Assembly: GCA_964622625.1 (NCBI GenBank)
Contig: CAZUUQ010000004.1
Span: 7,517-66,226 of the forward strand
Direction of reading: 5' to 3'
Source of the DNA: an uncultured Phycisphaeraceae bacterium
GTDB taxonomy: Bacteria > Planctomycetota > Phycisphaerae > Phycisphaerales > Phycisphaeraceae
DNA: 58,710 nucleotides
This document shows, one piece after another, positions 18,372 to 28,269 of this stretch. A program made the translations under genes and the position numbers. Under the pieces are notes generated by a model. That model was not told the DNA's origin and ran no database searches. It was given only the letters and a program-made list of their open reading frames with translations. The stretch's first letter is position 1, and every line of letters begins with the position of its first letter.

Positions 18372-18926
18372 ATGAAACAGCACGATTTTCACGCCACGAC
18401 AATTCTGTGCGTTCGCCGCGACGGCCGCGCGGCCATGGCCGGTGATGGACAGGTCACACTCGATCGCGTGGTGGCCAAGGCCGACGCGGTGAAAGTCCGC
18501 AAGCTTGAGCAGGGCGGGGCCGACAACGCCGGCGTGCTCGTCGGCTTCGCCGGCTCCGCGGCCGATGCCTTTGCATTGCTCGAGCGCTTCGAGGCCCGCC
18601 TCAAGGATTCACCAGCCAACATCAAGAAGGCGGCGATCGAACTGGCCAAGCAGTGGCGCACCGATCGCGTGCTGCGCCGGCTCGAAAGCCTGCTGATCGT
18701 GGCCGACCGGGCGTGCGGGTTGATTGTCTCAGGCAGCGGCGACGTGATCGAGCCGACCGACGGCATTCTGGGCATCGGCTCCGGGGGCGCGTACGCCGTC
18801 GCTGCCGCCCGCGCCCTGGTGCGCCACAGCAGCCTCACGCCGGCCGAGATTGTCCGCGAATCCATGCGCGTCGCCGGGGAGCTGTGCATCTACACCAACG
18901 AGCATCTGAGCGTGCTGGAGCTGTGA
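18372..18926 (+). CDS. hslV: ATP-dependent protease subunit HslV
   Basis: The N-terminus ..[23 protein letters not shown] carries a Thr nucleophile context. [10 protein letters not shown] and GIGSGG are present. The 184 aa length fits HslV. Confidence 0.9.
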   Translation: MKQHDFHATTILCVRRDGRAAMAGDGQVTLDRVVAKADAVKVRKLEQGGADNAGVLVGFAGSAADAFALLERFEARLKDSPANIKKAAIELAKQWRTDRVLRRLESLLIVADRACGLIVSGSGDVIEPTDGILGIGSGGAYAVAAARALVRHSSLTPAEIVRESMRVAGELCIYTNEHLSVLEL

Positions 18927-19140
18927 GGCACGCGGAGTTGCCAGCGTCCTTCAGCTCAAAGAATCTCTCTGACACCTTGGCATGGATGACGGGTGGGATG
19001 CCCATCCCGCCGATGCAGGTGGCCGCTTCCTTACCGTCGCGGCTCGTCGCGGGTGTGGAGGGCATCGTCCGGACAATAATCATCTCGGCGGTTTCTTCTC
19101 CGTGGCCTCCGTGTCTCCGTGGTGAACTCTTTCCCGGCGC

Positions 19141-19719
19141 TCACGCCAGGGCGAGGAAGAGGGCGAACATGGCGAACCAGACGACGGCCAAGAAGTGCCA
19201 GTAGGCGGCGAGGCAGCGCACGGGGGCGTGGTGTTCGTGGTCGTACCGGCGTCGCCAGGCGTGGTGACCGATGACGGCCATGGGAATCAGACCGCCGATC
19301 ACGTGCAGAGCGTGCAGCAGCACCAGCATGAACAGCATGCCGTAAAGATGCATGTGTTCCTGCAGCAGCGACTCGTGGGTGCGCAGCAGTGTGGTCATCG
19401 CCGGTGTCTGCACGGCGATGAACAGGGCGGCCAGGGCGAGCGTGGCGAGCATGGAGAGGCGGAAGTGATTGAGCTTCTCGCGGCGGACGCAGACCAGGGC
19501 GTGCTGAAGTGTGATGCTGCTGACGAGAATGATGATGGTGCTGATCCACAGTGCGGCCGGCAGTTCGATTGCGCCGGTTGGTGGGCTGAGGCGGCCCTGG
19601 ATGCGGATAACGGCATAGGCGAGCATGGCCGCGAGAAACAGCACGGTCAGGGCGGCCAGGAACAGGGCCATGCCGACGGCGGCGGTGCGCGGCGGGTTGT
19701 GGATGTACCGGTCGTCCAT
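19141..19719 (-). CDS. Heme-copper oxidase subunit III family protein (second, short paralog)
   Basis: It has five predicted TM helices, the His-rich helix LLHALHVIGG and a C-terminal YWHFLAVVW motif as in CoxIII. Confidence 0.6.
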   Translation of the reverse strand: MDDRYIHNPPRTAAVGMALFLAALTVLFLAAMLAYAVIRIQGRLSPPTGAIELPAALWISTIIILVSSITLQHALVCVRREKLNHFRLSMLATLALAALFIAVQTPAMTTLLRTHESLLQEHMHLYGMLFMLVLLHALHVIGGLIPMAVIGHHAWRRRYDHEHHAPVRCLAAYWHFLAVVWFAMFALFLALA

Positions 19720-19725
19720 AGCGTG

Positions 19726-20139
19726 TCAATGGTTGGGCGAAGCCGGCTCGACTGGTGCGGCCGGCACGGCGGGCGGGCCGGGGGAGGTGGCGGCCTGGTA
19801 CGCGGCGCGGACCTTCGGCTCGTTCTGGGCCGTGTCCATGATCGAGATGCCGATGAACAGGATCACGAACAGGAAGGCGCACACGAGCACGACGCTGTAG
19901 AACATGCTGTCGTAGCGCAGGTGCATGAAGTAGAGGCAGACGAACGCGGCCTTGACCAGGGCGATGCCAAGGGCGATCCAGATGTTCAGCGACCCCAGAT
20001 CGACCCACGTGGCGGCGACGGTGGCGAAGGTCAGCAGCAGCAGCAGGGCGAAGACGCCGGCCAGCACGCGCAGCGGCACGGCATGCGGCTGATGGTCATG
20101 ATGCGCCTGACTGGCGGCGGTGCTGGTTGCGGCGGTCAT
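19726..20139 (-). CDS. Cytochrome c oxidase subunit IV (prokaryotic COX4_pro type)
   Basis: It is a small three-TM protein. The motif ALVKAAFVCLYFMHLRYD is typical of this family, and its position after coxIII also fits. Confidence 0.6.
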   Translation of the reverse strand: MTAATSTAASQAHHDHQPHAVPLRVLAGVFALLLLLTFATVAATWVDLGSLNIWIALGIALVKAAFVCLYFMHLRYDSMFYSVVLVCAFLFVILFIGISIMDTAQNEPKVRAAYQAATSPGPPAVPAAPVEPASPNH

Positions 20140-20170
20140 CGTAAGGCCTCCGGAGCGGGCGTGGGCGGCG

Positions 20171-21094
20171 TCAGTGGATCAGATAGAGCAGAGGGAACAG
20201 GAAGATCCAGATCAGATCGACCAGGTGCCAGTACAGGCCGACCAGGTCTACAGGCGTGAAATACGCGGGGCTGAATACGCCGCGGGCGGACTTCACGGCG
20301 ATCCACAGCAGCAGTCCCAGGCCGATGATGACGTGCAGCGTGTGCAGGCCGGTCATGAGAAAATATATCTGGAAGAACTGGTGCGTCCGCGCCTGGAGGT
20401 AGGTGGGAAGCTCTTCAAAGGCCACATGACGGGGCGCGGCCGTGTAATCGGGATCGTGTTGTCGGGCGAAACTTTCCTCCAGGCCGCCGGGTCCGGTCGG
20501 CGCGACGGGGATGAGGGAGCGCTCCGGGCCGGCAGCTTGACCTGGTGGCGCGTCCACAGTGGCGGGCGGCGCGGCCACGGGCGGCGTTGCGTCATCATCG
20601 TGTCCGTGGGCTTGCCCCTGGTACCGCGGGTGATAAAGGTTTCCCGCGCCGACCCAGAGGTTGTGGTCGTATTTCTCTGCGTATTCAAAGGTCTTGACCA
20701 CCAGGAAGCCGCAGCCGCCAAGGATCGTGGCCGCCAGCAGCGTCACGAGCAGGCGGCGGGCGCCGAGCTGGGCGGCGCGGACGGCCCAGGCCATGGTGAA
20801 GCTGCTGGTGATCAGCAGGACAGTGTTGACGGCTCCGAGCTTCCAGTTCAGATGCGTGTGGGCATACTGGAAAACCTCGGGGTGGTTGCTTCGCCAGACG
20901 GCATAGGCGCAGAACAGCCCGCCGAACATCAGGATTTCGGTGGCCAGGAAGATCCACATGCCGACCTTGGCGGTGTCGAACTGCTGTCGCGGGGAGTCGA
21001 AGTGGTGCGCCAGGTGCGGCGGATGATCGTGCCCGCCATGCGAGGCCACGGGGCGGTCGGGGGACGACGAACTGGCGTGGGGCGCCTGCATCAT
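20171..21094 (-). CDS. ctaE: Cytochrome c oxidase subunit III
   Basis: The motifs [32 protein letters not shown] and [11 protein letters not shown] are present. The start ATG at 21094 overlaps the ctaD stop codon (ATGA). Confidence 0.8.
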   Translation of the reverse strand: MMQAPHASSSSPDRPVASHGGHDHPPHLAHHFDSPRQQFDTAKVGMWIFLATEILMFGGLFCAYAVWRSNHPEVFQYAHTHLNWKLGAVNTVLLITSSFTMAWAVRAAQLGARRLLVTLLAATILGGCGFLVVKTFEYAEKYDHNLWVGAGNLYHPRYQGQAHGHDDDATPPVAAPPATVDAPPGQAAGPERSLIPVAPTGPGGLEESFARQHDPDYTAAPRHVAFEELPTYLQARTHQFFQIYFLMTGLHTLHVIIGLGLLLWIAVKSARGVFSPAYFTPVDLVGLYWHLVDLIWIFLFPLLYLIH

Positions 21095-22887
21095 GGGTTG
21101 GCGTGCTCCTGGTTCGCGTCCCCGGCTGTGGCGGCAGGGCCGGCCGCCGCGACCGCGGCGACGCGCTGATAGGCCTGAGCGTCGTCGGACCATTGCCAGT
21201 CGCGATAGTCGTAGGGATCGCCGGCCCGGGGTGTGACGGGAAAGTTGTCATGCGGCGGGGGCGAGGGCGTGTGCCATTCCAGGGAGTTGGATCCCCACGG
21301 GTTGCCCGGCGCGCGACGGCCGGCGAGCAGCGAGTGGATCAGGTTGAACAGCACCAAAAACATGCCCGCGCCCATGATGAACGCCCCGACGGTAGAGACC
21401 TGGTGGTAGCCGATGTACTGGTCGGGATAGGTCGCGTAGCGTCGGGGCATGCCCTGCGAGCCGGCGACGAACTGCACGAAAAACGTGGCGTTGAACCCGA
21501 TGAAGGCGATGGCCGCGGCCCAGCGGGCCCCGTTCTCGTGGAACATGCGGCCCGTGATTTTGGGCCACCAGTAGTAAAGGCCCGCCAGGAAGCTGAAGAG
21601 CACCGTGCCCATCATCACATAGTGGAAGTGGGCGACGATGAAGTAAGTGTCGTGCAGGTGGATGTCGGTGGCCAGCGACCCGAGGAACATGCCGGTCAGC
21701 CCGCCGACGGTGAAGAGACAGATGGCATAGAGGGCGTAACACATCGGCGTGTTGAGGTGAATTTCGCCCTTGTACATCGTGGCCAGCCAGTTGAACGTCT
21801 TGATGGCCGAGGGCACGGCGACGCTGAAGGTCAGCAGGCTGAAGATGGCGTTGGCCAGCGGTGACTGGCCGCTGGTGAACATGTGATGGCCCCATACCAG
21901 GAAGCTGAGGAAGGCGATGGCCAGAGATGAAAGGGCGATGAACTTGTAGCCGAAGATGTGCTTGCGGCTGAAGACGCTGATGATCTCGCTGATAACGCCC
22001 ATGGCCGGCAGGACCATGATGTAGACGGCCGGATGGCTGTAGAACCAGAAGAAGTGCTGGTAGAGGACCGGGTCGCCGCCGAGAGCCGGATCGAAGATGC
22101 CGACCTGGAGCACCTTTTCAGCCGCCAGCAGCAGCAGCGTGATGCCCAGTACCGGCGTGGCGAGAATCTGGATGATCGCGGTGGCGTACAAGGCCCAGAG
22201 AAACAGGGGCATGCGGAACCAGGTCATGCCCCGCGGCCGCAGCATATGAATTGAGGCAATGAAGTTGACGCCGGTGAGGATGGACGAGAACCCGAGGATG
22301 AACGCGCCGAGTGTGGCTTCGACGACGGCGGAGTTGGCGGTGGTCGTCGAATACGGAGTGTAGAAAGTCCACCCGGTCTCCAGCCCGCCGCCGCCCCAGA
22401 ACTGCTGGAGTTGCGGGAACCATGCGTTCAGTACGCCCTTGAGCAGGACGAAGACGAAGAAAAGCCCGCCGCCGTACCAGAGATAGACGCTCAGCAGGTT
22501 GAGGCGGGGGAAGGCGACGTCCTTGGCGCCGAGCATCAGAGGCAGGGCGAAGTTGCCCAGGATCGCCGGGATGGCGGGGATCACGAACAGGAAGACCATC
22601 ACCGCGCCGTGCAGCGTGAACATGTGGTTGTAGAACCGCCATGCGTTCTGAGCGTCCCCCACGAACAGCGGGCTGGGGCCGAACAGCTCAAGGCGCAGGG
22701 CCAGGGCGAACAGCCCGCCGAGCAGGTAGCTGCCAAGTACCCCGACCAGATACATCACGGCGATGCGTTTGTGGTCGAGCGTCAGCACCCACGACAGGAT
22801 GCCGCGCGTGTGGTTGAGATAGTGGTCGCCGGCCCGGTGGGGGGCGTGGTTGGCGGGCATGCTGGCGGCGGTCGGTGTCGAAGGCAC
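21091..22887 (-). CDS. ctaD: Cytochrome c oxidase subunit I
   Basis: The motifs [25 protein letters not shown] and HFHYVMMG are present. It is 598 aa long. Confidence 0.95.
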   Translation of the reverse strand: MPSTPTAASMPANHAPHRAGDHYLNHTRGILSWVLTLDHKRIAVMYLVGVLGSYLLGGLFALALRLELFGPSPLFVGDAQNAWRFYNHMFTLHGAVMVFLFVIPAIPAILGNFALPLMLGAKDVAFPRLNLLSVYLWYGGGLFFVFVLLKGVLNAWFPQLQQFWGGGGLETGWTFYTPYSTTTANSAVVEATLGAFILGFSSILTGVNFIASIHMLRPRGMTWFRMPLFLWALYATAIIQILATPVLGITLLLLAAEKVLQVGIFDPALGGDPVLYQHFFWFYSHPAVYIMVLPAMGVISEIISVFSRKHIFGYKFIALSSLAIAFLSFLVWGHHMFTSGQSPLANAIFSLLTFSVAVPSAIKTFNWLATMYKGEIHLNTPMCYALYAICLFTVGGLTGMFLGSLATDIHLHDTYFIVAHFHYVMMGTVLFSFLAGLYYWWPKITGRMFHENGARWAAAIAFIGFNATFFVQFVAGSQGMPRRYATYPDQYIGYHQVSTVGAFIMGAGMFLVLFNLIHSLLAGRRAPGNPWGSNSLEWHTPSPPPHDNFPVTPRAGDPYDYRDWQWSDDAQAYQRVAAVAAAGPAATAGDANQEHANP

Positions 22888-22909
22888 GGAATATCAGCTC
22901 CTGCGATGG

Positions 22910-24010
22910 CTACGGCTGGGCGACGTCGGACGCGGCGCCTGCGGTGCCGGGTTCATCCGCGGATTCATCGTTCGTTGGGCCAGCCGGGGTGTTTTCTTCC
23001 AGCGTCTCAAGCGGCGGCGGGCCTTTGTCGCTGATGGACTTCATCCACTCGATCAGGGCGCGGATTTCGAGGTCACTGATGCGTCCCTGGTAGCTGGGCA
23101 TGACGTTGTCGAAGCCCGCGTGGATGCGGGCCCCGGGGTTCAGTATCGACTCGCGGATGTAGTTTTCGTCGGCCCGCGCTCGGCTGCCGTCGCGCATGGG
23201 CATTTCGTAGCCGAAGAGGTTCTGGAATGTCGGGCCGATGCCGGCGCTGCCGTCGGCGGTATGGCACTGGGCGCAGCCCTTGCTTGTGAACAGCCGTTTA
23301 CCGGCGTCGACCGGCGGCACGGTGGTGATCCACTCGGCCGCCTCCCGCACCCACTGCGCGAAGGCGGCCGGTTCGAGGACCACCACCTTCGTCCGCATCT
23401 CCGCGTGCAGCGTGCCGCAATACTCGGCGCAGTAAAGCTCGTATTCACCGGTTGCCGTCGCCTGGAACCACGCCTGGTTGAAACGATGGGGCACGGCATC
23501 CTTCTTCACGCGGAAAGCCGGAATGAAGAGGCTGTGAATCACGTCCTCGCTGGCCAGCACCAGGCGCACCGGCCGATCGCGCGGCACGACAAGTTCATTG
23601 CTCTCGGCCCCGTTGGGATAGGTGAACAGCCAGTTCCACTTCGAGGCCGTCACGTATACCTCGTATGCATAGTCTGGCGGAGTGGCCAGATCGACGTAGC
23701 CGCGGAAGCCGTAGTAGAAGATCATCAGCAGCGTCACGGCGGGGATGACCGTCCACGTCAGCTCCAGGGCGGTGGAGTGCGAAGGCGAGCGCTGGGCCTT
23801 GTGGCCGGGCCGGCGGCGGTAACGCAGGATGAAGAAGATCATCAGCGCCACCACCAGCGCCGACATGGCCACCGACACCCAGTAGATCAGGTAGAAAAGG
23901 AAATCGGTTCCCGGCGCGGAGGTTGACGCGGGGTCGGGCATCCAGAAGCGCTGTCCGATCTGGGCGAGGAAGGTGGGCATGGGCTGCGGGTCGATGTCCT
24001 GGGTGTTCAC
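22910..24010 (-). CDS. ctaC: Cytochrome c oxidase subunit II with fused C-terminal cytochrome c (caa3-type)
   Basis: It has the CuA motif HSLFIP...CAEYCGTLHAEM and the heme c motif CAQCH. Confidence 0.9.
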   Translation of the reverse strand: MNTQDIDPQPMPTFLAQIGQRFWMPDPASTSAPGTDFLFYLIYWVSVAMSALVVALMIFFILRYRRRPGHKAQRSPSHSTALELTWTVIPAVTLLMIFYYGFRGYVDLATPPDYAYEVYVTASKWNWLFTYPNGAESNELVVPRDRPVRLVLASEDVIHSLFIPAFRVKKDAVPHRFNQAWFQATATGEYELYCAEYCGTLHAEMRTKVVVLEPAAFAQWVREAAEWITTVPPVDAGKRLFTSKGCAQCHTADGSAGIGPTFQNLFGYEMPMRDGSRARADENYIRESILNPGARIHAGFDNVMPSYQGRISDLEIRALIEWMKSISDKGPPPLETLEENTPAGPTNDESADEPGTAGAASDVAQP

Positions 24011-24046
24011 GGGTATCGATGCCGGATGATTTATCGCAGGCCCGCC

Positions 24047-24913
24047 TCAGGCGGCCTGCTCACGTTTTCTTCGTCGCCCCTCACGCAGCAGGGCGGTGCC
24101 GATCACGGTGGCGACCACGACCACGGTCAGCGCACCGGCCAGGCGCATCAATCCCATCGCCGCCACGCGGTAGCTGCCCAGCTCGGGATCGAACTCGAAG
24201 CACGTCAGCAGCACGCGGTCCACAGTCGAGCCGACCTTTCCCTCGGCCGCTTCGACCAGCGACAGGCGCAATGTTCGTTCGGGATATGCGATGCCGTAAA
24301 GGTAACGCGACACGCGACCTTCGGGTGTGAGAATCACGAGCACAGCCGGGTGGACGTACTGGTTCTTGATCGCGTCGTAGCGGTAGCCGAAGCCCACGGC
24401 ATCGGCCACGGCCTGGCTGACGGCTTCGTCGGCCGTCAGGAAGTGCCAGCCCGCGGCTGCCTGGGCCTTGCCGAGGCTGTTGATGTAGTTGCGTTTCTTC
24501 TCGCGGGCCAGGCGCGGCGTCTCCTGCGGGTCGATGCTCAGCGAGATGATCGTGAACTGCTCGCCGGGGGTCCAGCCCATCGCCGCCACCGTTTTGGTCA
24601 GACCGTTGAGCACCAGTCCGCACAGCATCGGGCAGCCGTAGTAGCCCAGGTTCAGCACCACTGGTTTGCCCGGCAGGAGAAAGTCGTGCAGCGGCCGCTC
24701 CCGGCCGTCCTCGTCGCGCACGGGAAGATTCAACGGGACGGCGTCGCCCAGTTTCTCGGCGACGTTGACGCCTTCGAGCACGTCGGGCTGCCGGTCCGCG
24801 GGCATCGACGCCGGTCCGACGCCGCTGGCCATACCCGGCCCGCGTGGCGCCGCCGTCACGGGCAAAGCGAGCAGCGTCATGGCCAGCAGAATTGTGCGGA
24901 ACGTGTACTTCAT
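24047..24913 (-). CDS. SCO1/SenC copper chaperone
   Basis: It has a signal peptide MKYTFRTILLAMTLLALP and the CxxxC motif GYYGCPMLCG. The ATG at 24913 is chosen over the longer ORF-track start at 25042. Confidence 0.8.
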   Translation of the reverse strand: MKYTFRTILLAMTLLALPVTAAPRGPGMASGVGPASMPADRQPDVLEGVNVAEKLGDAVPLNLPVRDEDGRERPLHDFLLPGKPVVLNLGYYGCPMLCGLVLNGLTKTVAAMGWTPGEQFTIISLSIDPQETPRLAREKKRNYINSLGKAQAAAGWHFLTADEAVSQAVADAVGFGYRYDAIKNQYVHPAVLVILTPEGRVSRYLYGIAYPERTLRLSLVEAAEGKVGSTVDRVLLTCFEFDPELGSYRVAAMGLMRLAGALTVVVVATVIGTALLREGRRRKREQAA

Positions 24914-25007
24914 GGGTTCGTGTCGCCCGATGCGACCGCGGGCGCCGCCATTGTATGGCTCACAAACTGCATCTTCTTTCAGTGTTTCCTGTGATCTCCG
25001 CGGCGAA

Positions 25008-25337
25008 TCACTCCTGCACGTCCTGTTCCCGCTCCACCGCATAGCCTTCGACCGTCAGGGCCATCGCCCGGTCAATCGGAATGGCCGCGACGCCTGTGGC
25101 CTGGTCAACCCACCGATAGCCTTCAAGGTTCCGCAGTTGCTGTACCTGGCCGTCCACCAGAGCCGGATTGCGCACCGCCAGCGATTTGGTCAGCCGCTCC
25201 TGTTGCTGCTGGGCATAGAACCAGGCCTCGATGCCGACGATGACCACGAACACCAGGATCGTGCCAACCACGCCAATGGTGAGGATCAGCGGCAGGTTCA
25301 TGTCGCTGCCGAAAGTTCTGTCGTCGGACTCAGCCAT
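25008..25337 (-). CDS. Small single-TM protein between actF and SCO1 (function unknown)
   Basis: It is 109 aa long with one TM helix (LPLILTIGVVGTILVFVVIVGIEAWFY). Its coding bias is good and it sits inside the operon. Confidence 0.5.
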   Translation of the reverse strand: MAESDDRTFGSDMNLPLILTIGVVGTILVFVVIVGIEAWFYAQQQQERLTKSLAVRNPALVDGQVQQLRNLEGYRWVDQATGVAAIPIDRAMALTVEGYAVEREQDVQE

Positions 25338-25370
25338 ACGCGTTGTTTCCGTGCGGGGCGGTTATCAGCC

Positions 25371-26723
25371 TCAGAAATTGGTGAAGGCCAGCGACTCGGC
25401 CATCCGGGGGTCGTGCGTTGGTGCCAGACTGACTGTAGCGGCGCGGCGGAGCAGGCTCGCAGCATAGAGGGACGTCACGGCCAACAGCAGACCGATCTCA
25501 ATCGCGCCCAGCGTCAGATCAGGACCAAGCTCCGGCATCACCAGCCACAGCAGATCGATGTAGTGCATCGCCAGCATCCACGCCGCCCAGAGGCCCAGCA
25601 GCATCAGGCGGCGCTTGGCCCGCCGCGGCATCAGGCCCAGGAAGGGCAGCACGAAATGGCCGAAAAGCAGCAGCAGGGCGATCCACGTCCAGGCGTTGAT
25701 GTCCCGGCTCACCGTCGTTGCCCCGCGGATCACGTACCAGCCGGTGGTCTCCGGCATGTTCGCGTACCAGATGAGCATGAACTGGCTGAAGGCGATGTAG
25801 GCCCAGAACACCACGAAGGCGAACAGCAGCTTGCCCAGGTCATGGTAGTGCTCGCGGTTGACACTGACCGTCAGCACGCCCTGGCCGCGCAGCCACAACA
25901 GCGCCAGGATGATGGCCGCCAGGCTTCCCACCACCGCGCCGCTGAAGTAGTACACCCCGAAGATCGTGCTGTACCAGTGTGGGTTCAGCGACATCAGCAG
26001 ATCCCAGGCCGCGAACGTCACCGTCAGGCCGTAGACCACCAGCAGCGGACCGGCCCAGCGCTCCATGCGCATCGTCGCCGCGACGGGATCGGCGGCGTCG
26101 CGGGATTGTTGCAGATACCACCATGCGATCGCCGACCAGACGCCCAGGAACAACGCCCAGCGCAGCAGGAAAAAGGGGCGGTTGAGGTACGGCCGCTTCT
26201 TGAGCGTCATTGCGTCGAGCTGCTGATGCCCGTAGCCGGCGGGCGGTGCCGCGTCGGCCGCGTGCGATTCGTAGTGAGCCGCGGTCTCGGCATGCGGCTG
26301 GCTGTAGGTCACGGCCGCGCTGTCCGGCCTGGCCCAGGGGTAGATGTCGCCGCGGCCCATCGCCACGCTGGCGGCGATCGGCACAAACAGCAGGGCGAGA
26401 AGCGGTAGATTCGCTGCCATGATCTCCGCCGGGCGGCGCACGATCACCGACCAGCCGGCCCGTGTCAGATGCTGGATCAGCACGAAGAACATCGCACCCA
26501 GCGACAGGCTCAGCGCGAAGGAATAGGCGACCAGGTACGCCAGCATGAACCGTCGCAGCCCATCGGGACTCATGGCAGCCCCGATCATGGCCGCGAGCAG
26601 GCCGGCGGCCGCGGCGACCAGCAGTTTCGGCCTCAGGCCCGACGCCTGCGGCGACAACGCACTTTGGGCGCGTGGATTTGTCGACTCGGCCGGCTCAAGC
26701 TGGGGGTGGTGCTCACTGGACAC
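25371..26723 (-). CDS. actF: Alternative Complex III subunit ActF (polytopic membrane subunit)
   Basis: It is a 450 aa protein with about 10 TM helices. Its position after actE matches canonical ACIII operon order. Confidence 0.7.
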   Translation of the reverse strand: MSSEHHPQLEPAESTNPRAQSALSPQASGLRPKLLVAAAAGLLAAMIGAAMSPDGLRRFMLAYLVAYSFALSLSLGAMFFVLIQHLTRAGWSVIVRRPAEIMAANLPLLALLFVPIAASVAMGRGDIYPWARPDSAAVTYSQPHAETAAHYESHAADAAPPAGYGHQQLDAMTLKKRPYLNRPFFLLRWALFLGVWSAIAWWYLQQSRDAADPVAATMRMERWAGPLLVVYGLTVTFAAWDLLMSLNPHWYSTIFGVYYFSGAVVGSLAAIILALLWLRGQGVLTVSVNREHYHDLGKLLFAFVVFWAYIAFSQFMLIWYANMPETTGWYVIRGATTVSRDINAWTWIALLLLFGHFVLPFLGLMPRRAKRRLMLLGLWAAWMLAMHYIDLLWLVMPELGPDLTLGAIEIGLLLAVTSLYAASLLRRAATVSLAPTHDPRMAESLAFTNF

Positions 26724-26764
26724 GAGATTTTGTTCCCTTTGCAGACACCTTGCTTAACGGTTGC

Positions 26765-27514
26765 TCACTTCAGTCGGTCGCGTTGGTCCGGCGGCACATC
26801 GTCGAGCGTCGCGTGTTGCGATCGCTGCAGCGCCCGGATGTAGGCCACGATGGCCCAGCGGTCATCAACGTCAATCTGCGTCGCGTAAGCCGGCATGTTG
26901 CGGATGCCGTTGCGGATCGTGTTGTAAAGATGTCCGTCCGGGCGCTGGCGCACGTCGTCGGTGTGCAGGGACGTGGGTGGCACCCAGGCGGCATGCTGAT
27001 TGTCCATCGCCCGCCGGTTGATCGGCCCGTCGCCATAGCCGTCCAGGCCGTGACAGGGGGCGCAGTAGATGTTGAACCGCTCCTGGCCGCGCAGCAGGAA
27101 TTGCTGATCCGCGCGCAGGCGGGCGGGAAGGCCGTCGTGGTAACGCACCTGCCACTGCCCGGCCTCGTCGCGGACCAGGCTCAGGCCGCGGTGGTAGTGG
27201 TCGTCGAGGTCGGCCTGTCCGCGGGCGACCGTGCCGGGGACGGGCGGGCGCATGGCGCGGCCGTCGGCGAACAGCGGCGAAGCCGCCTGCGGGCCGAAAC
27301 GCGGCTGCTTGCCCATATCCTGAAAAATGTGCACCCGCGGCTCGTCCCCGGGCGTCACGCGCGCCTTGGCGATCAGCACCAGCGGCACCCACGAGAGCAC
27401 CACGAGGATCAGCAGCGCCGCCACCAGCCAGAACGGCGGGGGGCGCAGCATCAGCTCTTCGCGCACACGCGCGGGTGTGGGAATCGGAACGCGTTCTTGC
27501 TGGTAGTCGGACAC
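26765..27514 (-). CDS. actE: Alternative Complex III subunit ActE (monoheme cytochrome c)
   Basis: It has an N-terminal TM helix, a single CAPCH heme motif and the motif NMPAY..DRWAIVAYIRAL. Confidence 0.75.
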   Translation of the reverse strand: MSDYQQERVPIPTPARVREELMLRPPPFWLVAALLILVVLSWVPLVLIAKARVTPGDEPRVHIFQDMGKQPRFGPQAASPLFADGRAMRPPVPGTVARGQADLDDHYHRGLSLVRDEAGQWQVRYHDGLPARLRADQQFLLRGQERFNIYCAPCHGLDGYGDGPINRRAMDNQHAAWVPPTSLHTDDVRQRPDGHLYNTIRNGIRNMPAYATQIDVDDRWAIVAYIRALQRSQHATLDDVPPDQRDRLK

Positions 27515-27555
27515 GGTGAATCAGATTTCCGTGAGTGTGTTTGGATCAGGATCGG

Positions 27556-28269
27556 TCAGGTGTTGGGCACAGCCGCGGCCGCTTCGCGGTCGGGCAGGTC
27601 ATTCTCGACCTGCGGTTCAAGCCCCGGGCCGCCGGGGTCGGTAACGGCTTCGACGGCCGAGGCGCCCAGCTCGCGGAGCGTGGCGGTCGTCCGGTGGTAA
27701 TCGAACAGGGCGTCGTCGGCCAGCACCACGATGAAAAAGCGGTCATCGGTGGCGCGGCGGAAGCGGACGTTGCGGAACAGCGGGTTGTAGAGCATCGGCA
27801 GCTTGTTGAGGCCGAGCATGCCCAGCACCGCCGCGAAGGCCGCCAGCAGCACCGTGGTCTCGAAGATGATGGGGATGTTGGCCGCGAGACTGAAGACGGG
27901 CTTGCCGCTGATGAGGTAGGGGTAGCCCTGAAAAGCGGGTGGCACGGCCGTGAACTCGGTGGCGTTGGTCCACCAGACCAGCAGCAGGCCGCCGAAGAAA
28001 CCGGCTGCGGCGCCGCCGAGCGTCAGCCAGGGCATGATCGTGCGCGGAGCGCCGATGGCCTTGTCGATGCCGTGGATGGGGAACGGGCTGTGCACATCGA
28101 AGCGAACATAGCCGGCGTCACGCATCTGCCGGGCCGCCTGGACCACGGAGGCGACATCCTCGTACTGGGCCATGAGGCCGACCAGGTCGTCGGGAGGCGC
28201 GGCGGGCGTTGGTGGATGATGCTTGTCCATCGGCATGCTCTTGTGGCATCGGTCAGTGCGTGTGCTCAT
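27556..28269 (-). CDS. actD: Alternative Complex III subunit ActD (DUF3341-type)
   Basis: The motif [39 protein letters not shown] is typical of DUF3341, and two TM helices follow. The start is uncertain (28269, or 28236 at MPMDK). Confidence 0.7.
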   Translation of the reverse strand: MSTRTDRCHKSMPMDKHHPPTPAAPPDDLVGLMAQYEDVASVVQAARQMRDAGYVRFDVHSPFPIHGIDKAIGAPRTIMPWLTLGGAAAGFFGGLLLVWWTNATEFTAVPPAFQGYPYLISGKPVFSLAANIPIIFETTVLLAAFAAVLGMLGLNKLPMLYNPLFRNVRFRRATDDRFFIVVLADDALFDYHRTTATLRELGASAVEAVTDPGGPGLEPQVENDLPDREAAAAVPNT

